Origin: an uncultured Planctomycetales bacterium
GTDB taxonomy: Bacteria; Planctomycetota; Phycisphaerae; UBA1845; JAFGLZ01
Length of the DNA: 64,000 bases
Reading direction: 5' to 3'
NCBI GenBank assembly: GCA_964596165.1
Contig: CAZQTW010000007.1
Coordinates: 73,496-137,495, forward strand
This document shows positions 18,608 to 28,532 of the stretch, one piece after another. The notes beneath the pieces are model-generated. The model saw nothing but the letters and a program-made list of their open reading frames with translations. It searched no databases and was not told where the DNA came from. Position numbers and translations under genes: made by a program. Positions within the stretch are counted from its first letter, which is position 1. The number at the start of each line of letters is the position of its first letter.

Positions 18608-20173
18608 ATGTCTGCCGCAATTCGCGAGATACGTCACGGATGGCGGGCGTCGAGCTTGCCGCGGGTCTTGTGCGTGTGGGCAATTGGGACCGCCGGACCG
18701 GCCTTGTGGATGGGGCAGGGCGGCTGTGCCACGTCGCCCACGACGGTGGCGCCGACCGAATCGGTCCGGGCAGGAGGCCGAAAATCCACGACGACCGCTC
18801 AATCCAGCGCCGTCCTCCGCCCCGCGCGGACGGGTGTCATCGGGCCCGTTGCGGATCTGCAGGCGATCCAGAACGCCTTTGAGAACCTGGCCCGGCGGGT
18901 CGCTCCGAGCGTGGTAACGATCAAATCGGTGCGGTACAACGTCAGGCCGCCCGCGACGCGCGAGGTCATGTCGCAGGGGCGCCCTCGGCTGACATACGAA
19001 CGACGGACATCGGGCGCGGGAAGCGGCGTGATCGTCCGCGCCGACGGCATGATATTGACGAACGAGCACGTGATTCACGACGCCGAGGAGATCGTCATTC
19101 ACCTGAACGACGGGCGGGAGTTTCTCGCCTATGTCGTTCAGATCGACCCCCGAAGCGATCTGGCCGTCCTGCAAATCGAGACGCATGGCCTGTCGCCCGC
19201 CGTCCTGGGCGATGTGGCGACGGTAAAGCAGGGACACCTGGTCTTCGCGATGGGCAATCCGTTCGGCGTCGCTTCGGAGGTGGGCAACGCCTCGCTGAGT
19301 TGGGGCCTCGTCAGCGCGCTGGGGCGGCCACTTCCGTTGCTGGGCGCGGCCGAGGACCGCTACTACGGCAACCTGATCGAGACCACCGCGCCGATCAACC
19401 CGGGTAATTCGGGCGGCCCGCTTTTCGACATCTATGGCCGCGTCATCGGGATCAATACCGCGATCAGCACGCGAACGGGGCGGAGTGAGGGCGTCGGCTT
19501 TGCCGTGCCGATCTGTCCGCGCACGCGGCGGATCATCGATACGCTGATTCGCGGCGACGAGGTAGAGTATGGTCTGCTGGGCGTGATGGCCCGGACACCG
19601 GATGATCACGAACGAGAGGCCGCGGGAGGTCCCAAAACGCGCGGCGCCCTGGTGGAGAGCCTCGATCCCGGCTCGCCGGCCGAGAAGGCCCAGATCCGAC
19701 CGGGTGATCTGATCATCCGGTACGACGGTCAGGACGTGTTCGATGCCGACCATCTGGTCCGCATGGTGGGCAGTACCTCGCCGGGGCAACCCGTTGACGT
19801 AACGTTTCTTCGGAACCGAAAGACGACGACACTGCAGTTGGCCTTGGCCCGGCGCGAGCGCACCGGCACGGAGGATACGGCGCCGGTTCGATGGCGCGGG
19901 CTGATGGTGGTGCCGATGACGCCGGACAATCGCCGTGCGTTCAACCTGTCCCTGCTCGCGGTCGGCGACGCCGGCGGTTTGATCATCGCCAAGGTCCGGC
20001 CGGGTTCGCCCGCCGAACAAGCGGGGGCCAAGCCCGGCATGGTCGTCACGAAGATCGGCGAACAGACGGTCGGAACGTTGCGCCAGCTTCGTCAGGCAAT
20101 CCGTGCCACGAAGACGCAGCCCGCCGGGATCGCTCTGCAGGATGGAACACGGTTGACGATTCCGGCCAGTTGA
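18608..20173 (+). CDS. HtrA/DegP-family serine protease (S1C) with two PDZ domains
   Basis: ATG at 18608 lies just after the recA stop. The catalytic triad context is TNEHVI, SDLAVLQI and GNSGGPLF. Two PDZ-like segments are present (GALVESLDPGSPAEKAQIRPGDLI; LIIAKVRPGSPAEQAGAKPGMVV). Confidence 0.9.
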   Translation: MSAAIREIRHGWRASSLPRVLCVWAIGTAGPALWMGQGGCATSPTTVAPTESVRAGGRKSTTTAQSSAVLRPARTGVIGPVADLQAIQNAFENLARRVAPSVVTIKSVRYNVRPPATREVMSQGRPRLTYERRTSGAGSGVIVRADGMILTNEHVIHDAEEIVIHLNDGREFLAYVVQIDPRSDLAVLQIETHGLSPAVLGDVATVKQGHLVFAMGNPFGVASEVGNASLSWGLVSALGRPLPLLGAAEDRYYGNLIETTAPINPGNSGGPLFDIYGRVIGINTAISTRTGRSEGVGFAVPICPRTRRIIDTLIRGDEVEYGLLGVMARTPDDHEREAAGGPKTRGALVESLDPGSPAEKAQIRPGDLIIRYDGQDVFDADHLVRMVGSTSPGQPVDVTFLRNRKTTTLQLALARRERTGTEDTAPVRWRGLMVVPMTPDNRRAFNLSLLAVGDAGGLIIAKVRPGSPAEQAGAKPGMVVTKIGEQTVGTLRQLRQAIRATKTQPAGIALQDGTRLTIPAS

Positions 20174-20239
20174 CGGCCTCTTGACCAACCACGCTGGCCT
20201 AGGTAAGCTCATAGGTAGATTCCTATAAAGGCGTCGACC

Positions 20240-20488
20240 ATGCAGACCGAGCAGGCCAACTTCATGTTGCCCGCCGAACTTCTGCGAGAACTCCGCGCCC
20301 GCGTCCCCCGCGGGCAGCAGAGCCATGTGGTTGCCGATGCGCTCCGCCGTGAGTTGAGGCGGATGGCTTTGGTACAGGCGATCGAGAACAGTTTCGGCGC
20401 GTGGAAGGGACATTCACATCGTGAGTTATCCGGCGGCACGGGGGCGTATGTCCGCAGGTCTCGGCGGTCATCACGCGGGAGCGCGTAA
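20240..20488 (+). CDS. Ribbon-helix-helix antitoxin (VapB-like)
   Basis: 82 aa. The N-terminal FMLPAELLRELRARV is an RHH-type beta-strand/helix. The stop is 2 nt before the PIN gene ATG. Confidence 0.7.
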   Translation: MQTEQANFMLPAELLRELRARVPRGQQSHVVADALRRELRRMALVQAIENSFGAWKGHSHRELSGGTGAYVRRSRRSSRGSA

Positions 20489-20490
20489 CC

Positions 20491-20874
20491 ATGCCGGTTC
20501 GCGTCCTGATCGATAGTGACGTGCTGATTGACTTTCTTCGCGGAAAGCCGGGCGCGAAGGAGGCGATTGCGGTTGTTGCGAGAGAGAGCCTTCCTTGTTG
20601 CTCGGTAATCACCGTGGCCGAGATTCGCGCCGGGATGAAGCCCGATGAAGAGACGGCCACGATGGCCTTGCTCGACGCTCTCGAGGTTCTGGACGTCGAC
20701 AGAGAAACGGCCCTAACGGCGGGGGCCTTGAGACAGGCTTCTGCGTTCAGACAGGAGTTGGATGACTGTCTGATCGCGGCCACTGCCATTGGCGCCAAGG
20801 CCAGACTGCTGACGCACAATCCGAGACATTATCGACATATGGGCCTGGACGTCCTTCCAGCCATGTACCGATGA
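20491..20874 (+). CDS. vapC: PIN-domain ribonuclease toxin (VapC)
   Basis: The N-terminal VLIDSDVLIDFL carries the first acidic residue. Also VITVAEI and DCLIAATA, plus a C-terminal LLTHNPRHY. 127 aa. Confidence 0.85.
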   Translation: MPVRVLIDSDVLIDFLRGKPGAKEAIAVVARESLPCCSVITVAEIRAGMKPDEETATMALLDALEVLDVDRETALTAGALRQASAFRQELDDCLIAATAIGAKARLLTHNPRHYRHMGLDVLPAMYR

Positions 20875-20987
20875 CAGGAACCTCTGACGCGATCTTGCGC
20901 AGGCGCGCTTCCGTCGAGGGTTCCTGGCATAGTTGCATGGAGTCGAGCTTGTAGTGTTGGTGCCCTCTTCTTACGATACCGGTCCTC

Positions 20988-22211
20988 ATGGAACGTCGAC
21001 TTCGCAGACTGCTCTGCCTGTTCCTTCTGCCGGGCAGTCTCTGGGCGCAGACGGCGGACAGACTGCCGCTCAAAGTCAACCTGGTGCCCGATTTCGACCG
21101 ATTCGGCCTCGTGCCCCGATCGCAGGGAAAACGCGATACCTGTTCCCTGTTTGCCATCACTGCCTTGGCCGAGTTCGAGGCCGCCGCGTCCCCGGCCACA
21201 CGACCAAAGCGGTTCTCCGACGAGTTCCTGATCTGGGCTGCAAACGAGGCCACCGGCCTCAAGGGCGATCAAGCGATGTTCTACGAGGCCGTCCACGGCC
21301 TCAATGTGTTCGGAATCTGCACGGCCGACCTCATGCCCTATGCCCTTATCGGCGACCCCAATCGCCGTCCGTCCGAGCGAGCCTTGGCGAGCGCCAAGAC
21401 GCTCAGTCATCGGTGGAAGGTTCACTGGATCAAGCGCTGGGACCTCCGGAACGTCCTCACGAACTCGCACCTGCTGGACATCAAGAGCTCGTTGGCCCGG
21501 CGACACCCGGTGGCCTGCGGTTTGCGCTGGCCGAAGAAGCCCAAAGGTCACGAGCTTCTGGATGTCCCGCCGCCCGACGACGTGATCGATGGCCACAGCA
21601 TCGCGTTCGTCGGCTACGAGGATGATGCCAACAGGGCGGGTGGCGGCGTGCTCGTCTTTCGGAACAGCGCCGGAGCTAACTGGGGCAACCGGGGCTACGG
21701 CCTGATGTCGTACGCGTATGCCCGGGCGTACGCCAATGATGCGTTGTGGCTTGAATTTGGCCCGCCGGGCAGCGAGATTCCGATCGAGCGATTTGAGGCT
21801 GAGTCCTTGCCCGTCACGCACGGAGAGCTGTGCTCGACCGCCCTGCAGGATATGACCGAATGGGGCGCGCCCATGTGGGGCGGAGGCAAGCAGCTTCTGT
21901 GTAAGGCGAGGTCGGGCGGCTTCGTTGAGTTGAGCTTCGACGTTCGCCGAGCCGGTCGCTATCGGTTATGCGTGTCGGCCACCGCTGCGCCGGATTATGG
22001 CCGGATCCGCATGTCGGTTGATGAGGCAAACGCCGGACCGATGGTGGACCTCTACGCCGGTCGCGTGTGTCCCGCCGGACTCCTGGAGCTTGGCGTCCAC
22101 GACCTGGCGGCCGGCCGACATTTCATCCGGTTCAAGGCCGTCGGCAAGAACCCCGCTTCGACCGGCACCTTCTTCGGGATCGATACAATCGATTTGCGGT
22201 TGGCCGACTGA
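20988..22211 (+). CDS. Secreted papain-like (C1 family) cysteine peptidase with a C-terminal carbohydrate-binding-like beta-sandwich
   Basis: Signal peptide. SQGKRDTCSLFA has Gln at -6 and the catalytic Cys. IDGHSIAFVGY carries the His. FRNSAGANWGNRGYG carries Asn-Ser-x-x-x-x-Trp. The C-terminal 140 aa starts FEAESL... and resembles CBM6/35-like modules. Confidence 0.75.
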   Translation: MERRLRRLLCLFLLPGSLWAQTADRLPLKVNLVPDFDRFGLVPRSQGKRDTCSLFAITALAEFEAAASPATRPKRFSDEFLIWAANEATGLKGDQAMFYEAVHGLNVFGICTADLMPYALIGDPNRRPSERALASAKTLSHRWKVHWIKRWDLRNVLTNSHLLDIKSSLARRHPVACGLRWPKKPKGHELLDVPPPDDVIDGHSIAFVGYEDDANRAGGGVLVFRNSAGANWGNRGYGLMSYAYARAYANDALWLEFGPPGSEIPIERFEAESLPVTHGELCSTALQDMTEWGAPMWGGGKQLLCKARSGGFVELSFDVRRAGRYRLCVSATAAPDYGRIRMSVDEANAGPMVDLYAGRVCPAGLLELGVHDLAAGRHFIRFKAVGKNPASTGTFFGIDTIDLRLAD

Positions 22212-22235
22212 GAAGACCGAGCGTGTCGTTCGGCT

Positions 22236-24170
22236 CTACTCCTTCGGCCGGAGCGTCGCCGAGGCCGGATCGATCGCCAAGTGGCCGTCGCGTTTGGTAA
22301 TACCCAGGATCTTGTCCAGGCGCGGTTCCAGCGGATCGGGGCCGGTCAGGCCGAGCTTCGCTCGGACCTCGCGCCGCAGCCACCAGAAACCGGAGTTCCA
22401 CGAATACAGGTGGTGGCCATAAGGCTTGCCGGTGTTGGTGTCCAACGATTCATGGAACGCGGGCATCCAGGCGAGTTCCTTTTCCAGGCGCCAGAGCAAC
22501 TTATCGTCGACCCAGTTCGGATCCATGCCGTGGATCAGGCCGTCGAGGTAGTTTGCCGCGTCGTTGAGGAACCACGAGCCGCCGAAGACGTAGGCGCCGC
22601 TATGGCCGTCGAGCAGGTCGCCGTTCGCCTTTGAGATGACCCGCATGCCGTAGGGCGTCTGAATCTTCATCGTGGTCTCGAGGTGCTTTTTCACCATCTC
22701 GTCGGGCAACAGCTTGCGGCCGAAGACGGCATACGTCAGCACCTCGCCGTAGAGGGCGTCCTGACCGACATGGTCCTGCTGTTTGAGGCTTGTGGCGAAA
22801 TAGCCTCCGGCCTTGTTGAACATTCGCGCATAGCCGGCGATCGCCTTGTCGATCTCCGCGTCGGTCACCTTGAATCCCAACTCGCGGGCGGCCAGCAGGG
22901 CGCCGCAATGGAAGCCTTGGTTCGACGACGGCGCATCATCGTCGTCGTAGGGTAGCTGGTCGTGATAGGTCTTCATGCAAGCCCGGTCCGACGTCAGCCG
23001 TGGCGGGACGTAGAGTCCGTCGACCTCGTGACGGCGGATGAACTCATAGGCCCTCGTCACCGTTCGCGGGTCGATGTCGGCCCCGGCCTTCTTCACCATC
23101 ATCGACCAGATCAGGTAGTACTGGGCGTTATCCTCGTAGTCGACGCGCTCGTAGAAGACGGCCGCCTGCGACTCGGCGTCGTATTTCGGGTCGTCCAGCC
23201 CGCGGCTCATCCAAAATCCGTCGCTCACCCACTGTTTCCAGCCGTAGCCGACGCCCGAGATGAAGATGAAGTCACTTTCCGGCCGGAGCAGGTTACGACG
23301 GAGCAGCAGATACGACGTATTCCGCAGGATGGCCTCCAGACCCGATCGGTTGAATCCCTTCGCGTTCGCCAGGGCGACATGTGCGGCCAATTGAACGTCG
23401 TAGAGTGACGTGGCCGGTGAGTCGAAGATCCAGGTCCTGTAGGTCTGGGTTTGGCCGATCTCGATATGTTGCCAGCCGTCGAACGCCGCGCGATAGACGC
23501 TGGTGGCATCGACGCCGCGAGGAATTGAAATGGTCCGCCGGGCGGAGCCGTCTCCCGTTGTCAGCGACAGCCGTCGCTTGGCGACATCGAAGGCCATGAA
23601 GCAGCGATTCTCCCAAAGCCCGGGCGTGTCGCCGACAAAGCCGAAGAACCTGTCATCAACCCGGCAGCCGAGCATGGGAAACGTCTGGCGGGCGTCCTGG
23701 TTGAACTCGGGCCCCGCGCAGCCCGGGCTGTAGGCCTTCGTCGCGGGCTCCTTGCCGGTAAAGGAGTAGAAGTCGCCCTGGGTCGGCGCCTGCCAGCCCA
23801 GTTCGAGGTAGTACCGCTGGTCGGACTGTGCGGTGACGGTGACGGCTCGCTCGATGAGGTTCGGGTTGATCCGCCTCCAGGTCTCAGAAAGCGACAGGCC
23901 CGTCGCCTTGCCCCCGGTCAGCGTGATCGTACCGTCCTTCGGGTTGGCTTCGGCGTACCGGACGGCCGTCGTGCCGGTCGGCTGGACGACGATCAGGCTG
24001 GAATTCGTTTCGATCGGCGAGAAGAGAATCTCCTTGCCGTCGACGATCTGGACGCAAAAACCGTCCGCAGCCCTCACGAGATCGAATTGGACGTCGGCTT
24101 GGACGACCGCCGTCGTACCGATGAACGCGACGAACATTGGAATCCGGCCTGCAAACGTGTCTCCGCGCAT
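22236..24170 (-). CDS. Secreted protein, probable (alpha/alpha)6-barrel glycoside-hydrolase-like enzyme
   Basis: ATG at 24170 (or 24137) gives signal peptide ...MFVAFIGTTAVVQA. The C-terminal half (NQGFHCGALLAA..., GGSWFLNDAANYL, YSWNSGFWW) resembles six-hairpin glycosidases. The family is not resolved by eye. Confidence 0.5.
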   Translation of the reverse strand: MRGDTFAGRIPMFVAFIGTTAVVQADVQFDLVRAADGFCVQIVDGKEILFSPIETNSSLIVVQPTGTTAVRYAEANPKDGTITLTGGKATGLSLSETWRRINPNLIERAVTVTAQSDQRYYLELGWQAPTQGDFYSFTGKEPATKAYSPGCAGPEFNQDARQTFPMLGCRVDDRFFGFVGDTPGLWENRCFMAFDVAKRRLSLTTGDGSARRTISIPRGVDATSVYRAAFDGWQHIEIGQTQTYRTWIFDSPATSLYDVQLAAHVALANAKGFNRSGLEAILRNTSYLLLRRNLLRPESDFIFISGVGYGWKQWVSDGFWMSRGLDDPKYDAESQAAVFYERVDYEDNAQYYLIWSMMVKKAGADIDPRTVTRAYEFIRRHEVDGLYVPPRLTSDRACMKTYHDQLPYDDDDAPSSNQGFHCGALLAARELGFKVTDAEIDKAIAGYARMFNKAGGYFATSLKQQDHVGQDALYGEVLTYAVFGRKLLPDEMVKKHLETTMKIQTPYGMRVISKANGDLLDGHSGAYVFGGSWFLNDAANYLDGLIHGMDPNWVDDKLLWRLEKELAWMPAFHESLDTNTGKPYGHHLYSWNSGFWWLRREVRAKLGLTGPDPLEPRLDKILGITKRDGHLAIDPASATLRPKE

Positions 24171-24855
24171 GCCTCGCCTCCTGCCTTGGGCAGAAGTTGT
24201 AGCGGCACGAAAGGTTCTGTGGAAGGGCGCTGATGGAAGGATTTCAGTGGATCTGTTGTTCGCAGGCTGACGGTGCGTTATTGCCTCACCCGGATTGGCA
24301 ACCACCAGGCACGTTCGTAAGGCACGTTGTCCGGCGGGGGGTTTGCGAGCTTCTCTTGCCGGACCTTGACCCGACAGCACGTCCTCGACGTCTTGAAACG
24401 GTCTTGGCAGTCCAGGTAAACCGCGTCGTTCCTGCTCGCGTCGCTGCAATCGCGCCAAGGCTTCTGTCTAAACCTGTCTGAATGTGTACGATGCCTTGTC
24501 CCCTCATCGGTGACGGCTAGCATGACACTCGCTGCTTTCATCATGCGGACGTCTGCTCTTCCTGCTAAATGCTGCCGACAAGAAGGACGGCGGCTGGTTC
24601 GTCTCCGGCTCGCCGCGATTTGCCCTGGAGGGCGAGGCCCAATCGGGCCTCAAGCAGGCTTGGCTGGCCAATGAAGGTAAGGGCCTGCTCGCCACGCCAA
24701 TCCACATCGACAGACTTCAACCCACCGGCGCTCGCTTCCGTTCCTTTGCACCGGCATATGAACCGATCGCCAAGGACGATCAAGGAGGCGCCTGCCTGCT
24801 GACGCAAGCCGTCGGCCGCGGGCTTCTGGTCGCCGCCGCGGGTCCGATCATCCCG

Positions 24856-26514
24856 GTGGAATTGCTGGCCAATGCCTTCCTCCGCCTGCAGTGCCGAGGC
24901 GAGGTCTTCAATGTAGGATTGCTGCCGGGGGCCGAGACGGTACGGCTGGGCCAAAACGAACTGTTGTTGGGCATAGCGGAGTTGCCGGACTCCGCCGGCA
25001 ACGTCAACGTCTTGGTCGATGTGATCGATGCGGATGGGAACGTGTCGACGCTGCAGTACTTCAATACCTCCGTGGCGGGCGACGGCCTCCGCATTCCACT
25101 CCGGTACAACGCCAGCAGGGAAGGAGTCGGCCGAGTGGTGGTCAGCATCGCCGACCCGGTCGACGGTGCATTGTTGCGACGATTTTTCATCCCCTTGTTG
25201 CATGACCAACGTGTCGAGATCCTGCCGGACAAGAATTACTACACGACGAAGCCCCATGCCAACCTGCGGCTCCGCTACGTTGACGGGGCGCTCGCCAAGG
25301 CCTCAGTGCACGTCACGCAGGGCGACAGTGACCTCAACGTCGAACTGAGCGGAAACGGCATCCGGTTCGCCAAGGTGCCGATCGGGGGATTGTCAGCGGG
25401 GCAGCATAAGCTCGACGTGTCGTTCCTATTGGACGGGAAGGCTGCTTACGCCAAGACCGTGTTGATCCGCAAGGAGCCGTCGTTCCCGAATGCCGTCAAG
25501 CTTCTCTATCACCGGAACTGCATACTGGAGGTCGAGGGCACGCCCTTCTTTCCGTACGGCTGCTACGGCATTTCGGAGACGCAGGAAGCCGGCCTCATTG
25601 GGCTGGGCGTGAACACCGTGGTCGGAGCTAAACCGACCCAGAACCGCAAACTCTGGGTTGCCGAACACGGACTCGCGGGTTGGGCGACGAACAAGCAGTG
25701 GCCGCGCGAGAAGGTTCTCGACACGCTGCGTACCGATGGCTACGCCAGGCTTCTGTCGTGGTACATGTATGACGAGCCTGACTTGAATGGCCAGTCGCCT
25801 GATTTCGTCCGTGGTGTCTACGAGGCTGGCCGGCCCAAGGATCCCTACCATCCACAGATGATGGTTTACGTCGGAAGTTCAGGTTATCCGTGCTATCCCG
25901 ACTACATGCCGTTCGCCGACTGTCACATGATGGACCACTACCCATTGCCCTACGCCGCGCCGGCGACGTATGGCCTGTATCTCCGAAAGGTTGCCGAGGC
26001 CGCCCGGGGCACGCGGAACGTCTGGGGCGTACCGCAGTGTTTCGACTGGCGTGAGATCGGCACGGCGTTCGGCCCGTTCAAGAAGGAAAGTCTGCACCCC
26101 ACAGGCCGGGAGGCCCTCAACTACATTTACCAGTCCATCATTGAGGGCGCCGGCGCCATCACCTTCTGGACATACCGGTACGTCGCGGAGGACCCTCGCC
26201 GCCATGAACCCTTCCTGAAGGCCCTGGCGGAGGGCGCCAAACTGACCGACCTGGTTGTCCGCGGGACGGTCGTGCCGTCGCCACAAGTCAGGCCCTTCTC
26301 CTCGCAGATCCGTTGTCGCAGTTTCAAGCGGGGTAGCGAGGTCTACATCGTGGCGGCGAACTACCTGGAGCGCAAGGCCGATGTTGAGTTCGTCGCGCCG
26401 TACCTCAAGGAAGCTAACCTGCGGCAGTACTTGCCTGCCCCACGCACGCTCGGCTCACTCAAAGACACGTTCGAGCCGTTGGAGGGAAAAGTCTATGTGG
26501 CGGCAGTTCCCTAA
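24856..26514 (+). CDS. Glycoside-hydrolase-like TIM-barrel protein, 5' end unresolved
   Basis: ORF-track start is GTG at 24856, but the frame is open and coding-like from 24526. The C-terminal part (GVNTVVG..., SWYMYDEPDL, HMMDHYP, WGVPQCFDW) resembles GH42/GH5-type barrels. Confidence 0.55.
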   Translation: MELLANAFLRLQCRGEVFNVGLLPGAETVRLGQNELLLGIAELPDSAGNVNVLVDVIDADGNVSTLQYFNTSVAGDGLRIPLRYNASREGVGRVVVSIADPVDGALLRRFFIPLLHDQRVEILPDKNYYTTKPHANLRLRYVDGALAKASVHVTQGDSDLNVELSGNGIRFAKVPIGGLSAGQHKLDVSFLLDGKAAYAKTVLIRKEPSFPNAVKLLYHRNCILEVEGTPFFPYGCYGISETQEAGLIGLGVNTVVGAKPTQNRKLWVAEHGLAGWATNKQWPREKVLDTLRTDGYARLLSWYMYDEPDLNGQSPDFVRGVYEAGRPKDPYHPQMMVYVGSSGYPCYPDYMPFADCHMMDHYPLPYAAPATYGLYLRKVAEAARGTRNVWGVPQCFDWREIGTAFGPFKKESLHPTGREALNYIYQSIIEGAGAITFWTYRYVAEDPRRHEPFLKALAEGAKLTDLVVRGTVVPSPQVRPFSSQIRCRSFKRGSEVYIVAANYLERKADVEFVAPYLKEANLRQYLPAPRTLGSLKDTFEPLEGKVYVAAVP

Positions 26515-26665
26515 TGACGAGCGACGGTTGCATCTTTGAGCGGCGAATCCGGAAGAGCGGGCGCACTCGCGATCTCCCCCTCACCCACGCGGCCACGCTA
26601 CGATCTGTGGCTCGCAAGCGCACGCACCTTCCCGACGAACCCGCAATCTCACCTGTGACGAACCG

Positions 26666-27301
26666 CTAGGCCTTCATCTTCCGGACGACGCCGACAACCA
26701 CGCCCTGAATCCTCGCCTCCTTGACGTAGATCGGTTCCATGCTGGAATTGGCAGGTTGGAGTCGTATTCGGTCGCCCTCGCGGTAGAACTTCTTAAGCGT
26801 GGTCTCGCCGGTGTCGAGAAGGGCGACGACCGTCTCGCCGTCGCGCGCGGTCTCCCGGCGCTCGGCAATCACATAATCACCCTCGCGGATCTGGTCCTCA
26901 ATCATGCTCTCGCCCCGAACCCGAAGGGCGAACCGAGAGCCCCGCGTGGCAAAGACTTCCTCCAAATCGAGCACGTCCGCATCCTGGAGGGCTTCAACCG
27001 GAACACCCGCCGCAATTCGTCCGAGCAACGGTATCCGTGTCGAACGTTCATCGGGAAAACTCAGTTGAGGAGCCAGCTTCAACGATCGCGCCTTGTGCCG
27101 ATGCCGCTTGAGAAACCCCTTCTTGTGCAATACGCCAATGTGCTCGAAAATCGTGACCTTGCTCACCTCAAAGTGGTCCGCCAGTTCCTGAAGCGTCGGC
27201 GCGTAGCCGTACTCCCGCTCGTAGTCCCTCACGTAAGTCAGAATGGCCAGTTGTTTCGGCGTCAACGGCTTCGACCGGCGAGGATCAGTGGGGGGCGACA
27301 T
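26666..27301 (-). CDS. lexA: LexA repressor
   Basis: N-terminal winged HTH (LTPKQLAILTYV...PTLQELADHFEVS). Autocleavage and catalytic motifs are GESM (Ser) and TLKKF (Lys). 211 aa. Confidence 0.93.
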   Translation of the reverse strand: MSPPTDPRRSKPLTPKQLAILTYVRDYEREYGYAPTLQELADHFEVSKVTIFEHIGVLHKKGFLKRHRHKARSLKLAPQLSFPDERSTRIPLLGRIAAGVPVEALQDADVLDLEEVFATRGSRFALRVRGESMIEDQIREGDYVIAERRETARDGETVVALLDTGETTLKKFYREGDRIRLQPANSSMEPIYVKEARIQGVVVGVVRKMKA

Positions 27302-27533
27302 ACCTGCAATTCCTTGGAGATTGGTTGGACGGACGCCGGAACCGGTTAGGCGCCGTTTCCGTCGAGATGTTCAAGCCGCGCCTCGCGCACCGAAGCGAAG
27401 CCGCTCATGTCGGCCGGAAACGGCACCGAAAAACGATTGCCTGCGGGCGGCATCGTTTGGATCTCTGGAAACGAAAGACGACCCGCCAAAACAACCCTCT
27501 CGAACAGAACGCCACCGCAAGTGTTCTCGTTCT

Positions 27534-27559
27534 GTTAGGGTAATAAAACATACCCTAAC
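27534..27559. promoter_or_regulatory. Perfect palindrome overlapping the candidate lexA -10 (operator candidate)
   Basis: GTTAGGGTA (27534-27542), 8 nt, TACCCTAAC (27551-27559). The arms are perfect 9-bp inverted repeats. Confidence 0.4.
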
Positions 27560-27575
27560 ATCGACCAAACGTCAA
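27547..27575 (-). promoter_or_regulatory. Candidate sigma70-type promoter upstream of lexA
   Basis: On the minus strand: TTGACG (27575-27570), 17-nt spacer, TATGTT (27552-27547). This implies a leader of about 240 nt. Confidence 0.4.
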
Positions 27576-27727
27576 GCGGATATTCAAGGCGTTCTTCCAT
27601 TGGCTTCATAGGGATTGCCCTATTCCAATAGGACATCAGTTGAATATAGCTATTTGAAACATAACGACTTACAACTAACTTACTGATCCGGTTGGCCGAT
27701 CAAATTGCCTACGCTGACTTCGGTGGA

Positions 27728-28471
<744 letters not shown>

Positions 28472-28532
28472 TCAGCCGGCAAACGCATAGGATCCGTCAC
28501 GTTGTCCCGAGGAGTCGAACCCGTCGAGGAAA

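Noticed and set aside
18509-20413. 634-aa minus-strand ORF opposite the HtrA gene.
   Set aside because: It is antisense to a protease gene with a clear catalytic triad and PDZ domains, and its composition is Arg-rich.
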